This document shows positions 55,889 through 64,000 of a stretch of 64,000 nt of DNA, one piece after another. The DNA comes from Hyaloraphidium curvatum SAG 235-1. Its lineage: Eukaryota; Fungi; Monoblepharomycota. Each line of letters opens with the position of its first letter. The stretch's first letter is position 1. A program made the position numbers and the translations under genes. The stretch lies in assembly GCA_025558095.1 (NCBI GenBank), contig JAIVFI010000020.1:62001-126000 (forward strand), written 5' to 3'. Under the pieces are notes generated by a model. The model did no database searches. It was not told the origin of the DNA and saw only the letters and a list, made by a program, of their open reading frames with translations.

Positions 55889-56299
55889 TCACGCGCCCGG
55901 CGTCGCCGCCGCCTTGGCCGTCGTCGTCGCCGGCACCCACACCCACTGGAACGTCCACTTTCCGTCCTTCCACACCCAGCTCCCCGTCCATCCCCTCCTG
56001 CGGAGCCGCGGGGGCCGCGCGGGGGGCGCTGCAGCGCGCGGGACGGCGAGGTCAGGTCAGGACCGCGGTGCGGTGCCGCGCGGGGGTGTTGCGCACGTAC
56101 CGACGGGGGCGGTGGGGTCGTCTTGCTCGGCTCCGGCGCCGGCTTCGTAGCCCTGCACGGCAAGGCCACCCGGGGCGGGGACCTGCGGGCGGCTTCCGCT
56201 TCCTTCGGCGCGCGCGGCGGGCGCGAGGCAGAGCAGAACGAGCACCATCGCCAGCGCGGCGAACACGAACAGCGCGGTGGAACTTCCGCGGCGGGCCAT
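55889..56299 (-). CDS. Small secreted prepropeptide (112 aa) with polybasic site and Trp-rich C-terminal peptide
   Basis: Signal peptide. Intron 56029..56100 (GTACGT...CTGAC...GCAG) gives ...PARPPRLRRRGWTGSWVWKDGKWTFQWVWVPATTTAKAAATPGA*. Confidence 0.65.
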
Positions 56300-57987
56300 G
56301 GCGTCGACGAGATGGAGAGAGAGACCTCGGGACGGTTGGGGATGCCGCTCGCAACAAACAATCCGGACCCGTCGACGTGCCGCGTGCACCGCCCTGACAC
56401 GGCCTCGCATCGACACACCCGACGCTCCGATCCGGTCTCCGGGCCCAGCATCCCGCTGGCAGGATGATGCCGGCGCCCCCGACTCCCTCCGCGCGAACCG
56501 ACCCGCCCCGGCCGCGCCGCGCTCCCGGCGAAAGCCCCTGCGATCACCCCGCATCCGCCTCCCTCCCCGCGCAGCAACCTCCCCAGCCCCTCCCGCGTCG
56601 CCGGCAGCCCCGCCTTCGGAGTCCGTCCCGGGGGCGCGGAGGAGGGCCGCGGCGAGCACCTCCGCGGCGGTGGGGCGGGAGGGGGGGACGGGCATCGAGG
56701 AGGGCGAGGGCGGCGGATGTGTGGGCCGCTTCCGACGCGGGGGAGGAGGGCACATCACCGTCGGAGGCGGCGAGGAGGAGGGATGCGAGGGGCGACGGGT
56801 ATCGGGGGCCATCGCACGGAGAAGGGGGCACCGGCGTTGGGACCGGGACGTCCCACGTCGGCCCCTTCCCGCCGTCGTACCGGGACGGGGCGATGCACAT
56901 CCCGGCGCTCCGAGCCGCGCGCGCCGTCCGTGCCCGCGGCCCCCGGCCGTACGTCCGCACTCGGCCGTCCACGTCCGCGCACCAGTCCATCCATCCATCC
57001 ATCCGCAACCTCACCATCCACCCTCCCCTACCCCACCGCACGGGGCGATGGGATACTGGGTGACGCACGGGGTGGCCGATTGGCGCATGGCGCCATGCCG
57101 TGTCCAGGCCCTCCGGCCGCGGCGGCTTCTCGCACCCCCGCGCGGGCGGGACGGGGATTGAAACGGGAATGCAAAGGTGGCAGGGGGACGTCGCGCGCGA
57201 GGCAGGGAGGAGGCAAGACGGCGGACGCCCGGCGCCGGGCGGTTTCTGCCGGGCCGAAGCGGATGGGGCTGGTGCGGCCGTTCGGCCCGCGGGGGTGAAG
57301 CCTGCCCCCGTCTCCCCTCCATTCTGTCCCCCGTCAGGCCCCCGGGCGACGTCCGGCGCGCGTCCGCCAAAACCCCGACCAGCCGGGGCGGCCGGGTCCT
57401 CGATCCCCGGGCCGCGGGCGAAAAGACCTCTTGCCGAGGGGCGGGCTGGTGCGGTGGGGTATCGGCGCCCCCGCGGTTTCGCGGCGGGAGTGCGACACCC
57501 GGAGTGCAGGGAGGGGCGGAAGAGTGGGGAGAATGGCGGGCAGGCCGGCCGAGGGGCGGGGGATGCACGGGTCGGGGGATGGAATTGCACCGCCGGCCGT
57601 GCGGTGATTCTCGAAGCCCGGTCCGGCCACGGAGCGGTGCGGGGCGGCAGCGGCGGCTCGCCAGGGGATGCAGGGACGGAGGCTTTGGGGGTTCCGAGCG
57701 GGGACGGGAGGGGGCGGGGACGGCGGGGCGGCCGGGGGGGTCGGCGGGTGGACGGCCGGTGCTGTGGCGAGAGGTCCGGGTGCCGCCGGCGGATGCACGG
57801 GGTGCGCTGCCGGGCCGTGCCCCGGGCCTGTGGGTGCTGTACATGCAGGGGTGTATGTGTGAGGGGTTGCGGTTGTTGGTGCGGGGACGGTTGGCGAGCC
57901 GATTCTGGGGGGCGTCCAGGGCATCGGCGATCGGAGGCGCGGAAACTCCTTGGAGCGGCTCCCCGAACCCCTGCGAGCCCCACTCCG

Positions 57988-59175
57988 ATGACCCCGCACG
58001 CCGAGCCGCCCGCCGCCGCGCCGCCGCCGCGCGCGGAGCCGTTGCCGGGAGCCTGGGGCGGGCCGGGGGCGCGCGCGGAGGGCGCGGGCGGGTGGGGCGG
58101 CCCCGCGAAGGACGCGGTGCCCGCGCGGTCGGCCGGGCCGCCCGGCCACTCGGCGCGGATGGCGATCGACGGGCTGCTCGCGCCGGCGTCTCAGACGATC
58201 GGCGCGGCTCCCGGCGGGGGCGGCGGGCCGGCGGACGGCGCGGGCGCACCCCCGGCCGCGCTGCCCGCCCCGCTGCCCGCGCCGCTGCCGCCCTCGCGCT
58301 CGCCCGCCGCGCGCTCGCCCTCGGGCGACTCGGTGTCGCACGCGGACGCCGTGCCGTTCGCATACGCAGAGTCGGACCCGCACGCCGCAGCGCCCGTCTC
58401 GCCGCCCCTCACGGACCCGCGCGCCGCCTCGCTGCCGCCCCTGCGCGGCTACCACCAGCTGCTGCCCCCCAGCGCGGTCCCCTACGGCCAGCCGCAGCCC
58501 GCTTACCCCGGCCAGCTGCCCCCCCCGCAGCCCGCCTACCCCGCAACGGCACCCGCACCCCAGTACGCACAGCAGCAGCAGCCGGGCTACCCCGCCTACC
58601 CGTACCCCGCCTACCCCCCGCAGCAGCCCGCCGCACCCGCACCCCCCATGATGCAGCCCGCTGTCCCCACCCCGCCGCAGCCCTTCCCGCCCTACCCCTC
58701 GCCGCCCGCCGCCTACCCCTACCCCCCCAACCCCGGCGTCGCCGCCTCCCCCTCGTACCCCCCCGCCTACCCCTACGCCCCCCCGCCCCCCGCCTACCGC
58801 GCCCCGTACCCGCCGTACCCCCCGGGCGCGGCCTACCCCCCGTACTACCCGTACCCCGACCCGCGCCAGCCCCTGCGCTACGACTCGCGCGGCCGCGTCA
58901 TCACCGGCCCGCCGCCCGACGGCTCGGATCCGCCGCGGTTCCCGTGCCCCATCTGCAACGCGACCTTCTCCACCCGGCCGCTGCTGGCGCGCCACTCGCG
59001 GATCCACTCCGCCGCGAGCCTGACGTACAGGTGCGGCGTGCCGGGGTGCGACAGGGTGTTCAGGCGGGTGGACAACAGGAAGGTGCACGAGGAGGGGCAC
59101 AGGCGCAGGCTGGAGAGGGAGAGGAAGGAGGGGAGGGGCGAGGGGATGGGGGGGCAGCCGATGCAGGGGGAGTGA
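57988..59175 (+). CDS. Pro/Tyr-rich C2H2 zinc-finger transcription factor (two fingers)
   Basis: FPCPICNATFSTRPLLARHSRIH and YRCGVPGCDRVFRRVDNRKVHEEGH; start codon inferred. Confidence 0.85.
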   Translation: MTPHAEPPAAAPPPRAEPLPGAWGGPGARAEGAGGWGGPAKDAVPARSAGPPGHSARMAIDGLLAPASQTIGAAPGGGGGPADGAGAPPAALPAPLPAPLPPSRSPAARSPSGDSVSHADAVPFAYAESDPHAAAPVSPPLTDPRAASLPPLRGYHQLLPPSAVPYGQPQPAYPGQLPPPQPAYPATAPAPQYAQQQQPGYPAYPYPAYPPQQPAAPAPPMMQPAVPTPPQPFPPYPSPPAAYPYPPNPGVAASPSYPPAYPYAPPPPAYRAPYPPYPPGAAYPPYYPYPDPRQPLRYDSRGRVITGPPPDGSDPPRFPCPICNATFSTRPLLARHSRIHSAASLTYRCGVPGCDRVFRRVDNRKVHEEGHRRRLERERKEGRGEGMGGQPMQGE

Positions 59176-59328
59176 GCGCCGGCACCCCCAGGGAAAGGGA
59201 AGTGAAGGGAAGGGGAAGGGAAGGGCGGGGGGCGCGTCCCGGGCCGGCGGCCGCCGCATCCCATGTACATATCTTGCACCGTAGATCCGCCGCCTTCTTT
59301 GCCGTGCAGATCTTGCGCGCGGTGCGCG

Positions 59329-60206
59329 CTACACGTCCGTGCCCTCGCCCTTCTTCCCAAACAGCCGGCGGAAGCTGCCCAGGCTCCGCTTGATGGAGCT
59401 GATGCTCCCCGGCCGCGCCGCGTCCTCGTGTTCGCCATCCTCGCCCTCGCCGTCCCTGCCGTCCCTTTCCTCGGGCTTGGGCCGCTCCAGGCCCTCCTGC
59501 TTCCCGTCCGCCGCTTCTCGCGTCCCCGTCCCCGCCGCCCTCGCCGGCGCCTCGGGCTCCTCCACGATGATCCTGGCCATCTGCACCGCCCTCCTCCACA
59601 CTTCACCTTCTTCGCCCCCGCCGAAATGGCGCGCACCGGGCACCACGAACACCAGCGCCCCCGTCCTCTCCTCGCACTCCCTCTTGGTCCGCTCGTAGTC
59701 CTTGGTGAACGGATCGTTGTCCGACACCAGACACACCACCCGCCTGCACTTGGCATGCAGCCTCTCGTAGGACGGGAACCCCTCCATCCACGGCCCGACC
59801 TCCTTCCACGGCCTGTCCACGGCGAACCACGGCGCCACCGCCAGTATCCCCGCGAGGTGGTGCGGCGCCGCCGCGGCGGCGCGGAAACACGCCTGCGCGC
59901 CGACCGAATGCCCGACGAGCAGCGTGCGCCGCAGGAGGGGGGCGTCGCTGCCCATGGCCGCGAGCAGGCGGCGCGTCCATTCCCCCGGTTCGGGGGGGAG
60001 CGAGTCGCCGTCCCCCGGCATCTCCAGGCACTGCACCTCGCCGAACAGCTGGAAACGTGCGTCAGCCCGCCGGACTTTGCGGCGCCCGGCGGCGGGGCGC
60101 GCACCTTGGGGTACCGCCCGCACTGCTGCCGGAACCACGGGTACCAGTCCTTGTCGGGGTCGCCGGCCCAGCGGTGCACGAGGAGGAGGCGGAGGGGGGG
60201 GCGCAT
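59329..60206 (-). CDS. RBBP9/YdeN-family alpha/beta serine hydrolase
   Basis: LVHRWAGDPDKDWYPW, LVGHSVG, VSDNDPF, VPGARHF; one intron at about 60048..60104. Confidence 0.85.
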
Positions 60207-60582
60207 TGCGTTGCTGCGGGGGGGGAGGCGAGGAGGGGGAGGGAGGGGTGTGGGGTTGTTGGGCTGGCGGGGAGGCGGGGACGCGGGCGCGGAAACCGGA
60301 ATCGGGGCGCGGGAATCCGGGCATGCGAGGCGGGAAAACGGGGGGACGCGGCGGAGCGGGTGCAGGGAAAATGTGCGGTGCTCTTTCCTCCGTGCGGGCG
60401 CACGGATGGCGGTGAGAAGGAGGCGGACGATCGCGGTGGAAGGGGACGCCCTGCGGGGGCCGGACGGTGTGCTTCGGGACGGGACCCAGCGGCCGCTTCG
60501 GATTCAGTAAAGAGCAAACGGATGTGAGAAATCGAAGCAAGAAGTGTCGACGTTCGCGAACGCCCCCAGCGGGCGACGGCAA

Positions 60583-61566
60583 TCAGACGCCCCCGCCGTC
60601 GTCCCGGGAGAGCATCTCGATCCACGGCCCGAAATCGGTCATCCGACCGCCGCGAACCACCTGCATGCTCTCCGCGGGTCCCAGGATCCCGGTCGTGTTC
60701 CACCCAGCCTCGTCCCGGAGGTACTCCCCGCAGAGCAGCCTCCCCCTCCCGGTCCTGACCCCTCTTGTCCAGCACGCCCCGCACCCGTGGCCTCCGGGCC
60801 CGCACGCGCTCCCGCTCCCGAGCGGATCCCCGCACTCGATGTCGGCCTCGTGCGGTCCGCACAGCTCGCGGTACAGGCGCCCGCAGGCAAGGCATGCGGG
60901 CCTCGTCCCACTCGCTCGACACGCCGTCCCCGTGGACGTAGCTCCCCTCCCATTCGCACGCGAGGCATCCGTCGTCCCAATACGCCCCGAGAACCGATTC
61001 AATGTCCGTGCGCCCCACATCGGCCCCGGCGGCGCCCACGATCGCGGCGGGGCGGGAGGGCACCCAGGGCGGGCGGCGGCCCTCCGTGCGCACCACGTCG
61101 CCCGCGGCTTTGGTGCGGAGCAAGACCTCCCCCGGCTCCTCCCATGTCGGCTCGAGGCACCTCGCGCACGCCAGCTTCGGATCCGCGAGCACGCACGCCG
61201 CGTGGCCGCCCCACCGCGCCAGCCCCGGCCCCCGAGCGTGCGCCGCACCTCCTCCGCATCGTCGTACGGGAACACGGGGTGGACGTGCGAAAGGTACTCC
61301 CGCTCCCAGGTGCGCGCGAACGGCGGGGCGCGGAGGGCGCCGAACAGGGATGGGGAGGCGTGCGCGAGGTGCAGCAGGGCGTGGTCGCCCGTCCGCGGTC
61401 GTGGGACGACGAAGTCGGCGATGCGAAGGAGGAGCTCGGGAGGGAGGTCGTGCAGGCCGGGACGGGGTCCCGGATCGGCTGGGGACGCCGGTGCGGGCCG
61501 GCCGTGTGCGGCGGCTACGCCGGCCGGAGCTCCGCTTCGCTCCGTTTGGCTTCGAGTGGTGCTCAT
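60583..61566 (-). CDS. F-box-like protein with Cys-rich C-terminus; probably contains two compensating frameshifts
   Basis: LHDLPPELLLRIADFV..ALLHLAHASPSL; the middle reads as protein only in the overlapping frame. Confidence 0.5.
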   Translation of the reverse strand: MSTTRSQTERSGAPAGVAAAHGRPAPASPADPGPRPGLHDLPPELLLRIADFVVPRPRTGDHALLHLAHASPSLFGALRAPPFARTWEREYLSHVHPVFPYDDAEEVRRTLGGRGWRGGAATRRACSRIRSWRARGASSRHGRSRGRSCSAPKPRATWCARRAAARPGCPPAPPRSWAPPGPMWGARTLNRFSGRIGTTDASRANGRGATSTGTACRASGTRPACLACGRLYRELCGPHEADIECGDPLGSGSACGPGGHGCGACWTRGVRTGRGRLLCGEYLRDEAGWNTTGILGPAESMQVVRGGRMTDFGPWIEMLSRDDGGGV

Positions 61567-61875
61567 TTCAGTGCGTCGAGTGCTGGTTCAATCCGCGAGA
61601 AGGGAGTCGAGGTCACACGACTGACGAACGCCAGCTGTCGCACGAAAGCCACAAGGAGACTTCAACCATCGGATTGCCGGACACGATTGGCGAGCGGCAT
61701 GAGAAAATAATCCAAAGCTCAACGGCGCAGTATAAGAGATTTTTCCTGGCAACCAAGCTCATCGGAAAGAGCGCTAGCCGTCTGTCGATGTGGCAATGGA
61801 CATCTTTGAAAAACACGCACAGGAGCCCAACGCGACGTGTCTCGATCGCATCCAACACGACACATCTATCGCCGT

Positions 61876-63361
61876 TCAAATCTTCGCCTTGGCCTCCAGC
61901 TTCCTGGGATCCTTGATCTTCCTGAACTGCTCCACCTTGGTCCGCACCAGATCCGTCCCCCTCCACGCGACCCGGATCGAAGCCCCGCTTTCCAGGTCGT
62001 CGTTCTCGATGGCGTACATCATCCCATCGGCGACGTCGTCGGGCTGCAGTTTCGGCGGTTCTTAGCAACGAACTGGTGCAGGGAGCGAGGAAACCCACGA
62101 CGAGGATCCCGAGCTCGTGCTCGTTGGCCTTGCCGAGTTCGTCCGCCCCCGGGATCGTGGTGAAAGAGGACCGTGCCAGCGGCGTGTTGACGGCGCCCGG
62201 GTGGACAGCTGGCAAGTGCAATCAGCGCGTGCCATCTATCGTGCTGCTTGCGGAGCACTCACTGTGGACGCGGACCTTGGGTAGCAGCTTGGAGACGGAA
62301 CGGGCAAAGTTGTAGACAAAAGACTTGGTGCCGACGTAGACGGGGAGCGACTTGACCTGCGGTGGAAGCCAGATGAGCTGTTCAGCGCTGGCAAGCGTTG
62401 CCGGGGAGTCGACACACAGCATGGAAAGAGCCGATCGAGGCCGTAATGACGATCGTTCCAGGCTTATTCATCTCACGGAATTCAGCCATGGCTAGCTCTG
62501 ACAATGGGTAGTGTAAGCGAGCGCCGCGCCGGTCGGGCTCGCGACACGAACGAGTTCCGTAGACAACGGCATTGACGTTGACGTCAACCATGGTCTTCCA
62601 AGCGGTGTTGTCAGGGTTCTTCTCGTCAAAAAAGAACTTGTCGCCGTCGCCGATGCCGGCGTTGAGAATGACAATCTGCGATCAGACAACGCGCCGGGAG
62701 GCGGGAAAGTCTGAGAATTCGAAAAGAGAGGTCCACGATGCTCCACCCACGTCCACCGTCGCGAAGCGCTTCATGCACTCGTCAAAGACCTTCTTCGTCC
62801 CTTCGAAAGTCGACAGATCCGCTTGGACGAACGGGAAGAATCCAATGTCCAGCTCGCCGCCATAGCTTCCCCCGAAGAAAATCAGCTGACGGTCACGACG
62901 CCAAAGAGCCCGTCCCACGTCGTGTCCAGCTCCTTCGCGAGTTTCTCGCCGCGCTCCGCGTCCTTGTCGGCCAGCACAACGATGGCACCCTGAAAGCGAT
63001 TCGTAGACGACGCCCGCAGCGACCAGAGACGGCATTCCGCAAGAAACCCGCGGCGGTGGGATGTAACGTTCGGCAAGGCACCGGAAAAACGCCCGGGGCG
63101 GGGGGAGACAGCGTTCCGGCAGACACGGGAGACAGGGAAACAACAAGGTCGACACCGTCAGACACGTCAATCTTGCCGCATGGGCACCGTACCCTAGCCG
63201 CGAGTTGCCGAGAAATGGCTTCGCCGCTATAGCAACGGACGATGAGAACCTTCAAGGGCCAGGAGGCCAGCAACCCACAATCCCGATGCCGCACCGGTCA
63301 CAATGCACACCTTCCGAGTCAGGTTCTTCTTGTGCGCCACGGCAGGACCTGCGGGAGCCAT
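61876..63361 (-). CDS. SDR (15-PGDH-like), many exons; paralogue of 16653..17842
   Basis: KVCIVTGAASG, FVQADLS, ILNAGI, IVITASIG, PVYVGTK, AVHPGAVNTP. Confidence 0.8.
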
Positions 63362-63686
63362 TCTTTGGTCTAGAAGAGTAGGATTCCCGCGGTCGATTCG
63401 TTCAGGGGAGCTGCGGGTGCTTTGTTTGAACGACTGCCGGTTGCCGGACTTGCCGATCCGATCGCGGCCGGCGCTGCGCATGGCACGACATCGTGGAAGC
63501 GCGAAGTCCGTGCCGCGCAACTAAATGATTCTCTCCAACGTCTAACAAAGTAGAGCTTTCGAATCAATGGTCACATTCCTAGTCCGGCAGCTTGATGCGG
63601 CCGCCGGATCTCACTGTTTACGTCACTCGTGTCACGCGCTCCTAGTGCAAACTATCGCAAACAGCGGCCACTCGGCCATTTGAACC

Positions 63687-64000
63687 ATGGGCTTCGTTGG
63701 TGTCATGTCGGTATCTGCTTAGCAGCGCGTCCTTCGCGTTTCTGACGGCCGCGGCCGGGATCCAGCGTGGGAGGCACCCGCGGCATTGGGCACGCGCTCG
63801 CGAAAGCTCTGGCCCAGGACGTCGCGTCGAGCCAAGACGGGGGTGTCGTCTACCTCACCGCGGTGAGCGAACGTGCTGGAACAGGCGAAGTACACGCTGA
63901 GGCTACAACGCTTCCAGCGCAACGAGGAATCGGGCCGCAAGGCCGTTGAAACAATCCCGGTCCCCGCTGCCGGCAGTACCTCCGTCAAATACCTCGTTGC
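63687..64000 (+). CDS. Carbonyl reductase-like SDR, 5' part (runs off the window)
   Basis: VGGTRGIGHALAKAL..VVYLTA|RNEESGRKAVE. Confidence 0.75.

Noticed and set aside
57100-57987. N-terminal extension of the C2H2 ORF and overlapping 640-740 aa ORFs
   Set aside because: Non-ATG start and shadow-like composition; more plausibly 5' UTR or promoter DNA.
16653-64000. Five SDRs plus hydrolases as a biosynthetic gene cluster
   Set aside because: Scattered, from different subfamilies, with no backbone enzyme (PKS, NRPS or terpene synthase) in the window.

Overview
GC-rich, intron-containing eukaryotic DNA. Short GT-AG introns with CTGAC/CTAAC-type branch sites, a Zn2Cys6 factor, an Ecl1-like gene and SLA2 point to a fungus. 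It is probably an early-diverging zoosporic lineage such as Monoblepharidomycetes; that taxon is inferred, not shown. Most long six-frame ORFs are GC-shadow artefacts. After manual splicing I count about 35 genes. Transport and metabolism: two tandem O-fucosyltransferase-like genes, a PaaI thioesterase, a SulP-STAS-cNMP transporter, two membrane-anchored GH26 hydrolases, five SDRs, two alpha/beta hydrolases and DUF599. Regulation and cell biology: Zn2Cys6 and C2H2 factors, ankyrin, lipocalin/FABP-like, CAP, several F-box genes or remnants, SLA2 and a Sel1-MYND protein. Secreted: an I9 inhibitor and other small proteins. The most notable items are (1) a bacterial-type polyphosphate kinase 1 with six spliceosomal introns; (2) a tandemly duplicated two-gene cassette of putative mitochondrion-targeted coiled-coil paralogues, with reciprocal decay and a captured copy of a neighbouring promoter; (3) a spliced secreted precursor that would release a tryptophan-zipper-like peptide, absent from the ORF track; (4) an LRR / Cys-repeat / ricin-like / TM / SH3 receptor; and (5) a TM polyprotein with two duplicated modules, each ending in a polybasic cleavage site. 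No rRNA, tRNA, CRISPR array or intact transposase was seen. All calls come from motif recognition by eye; no database search was run.
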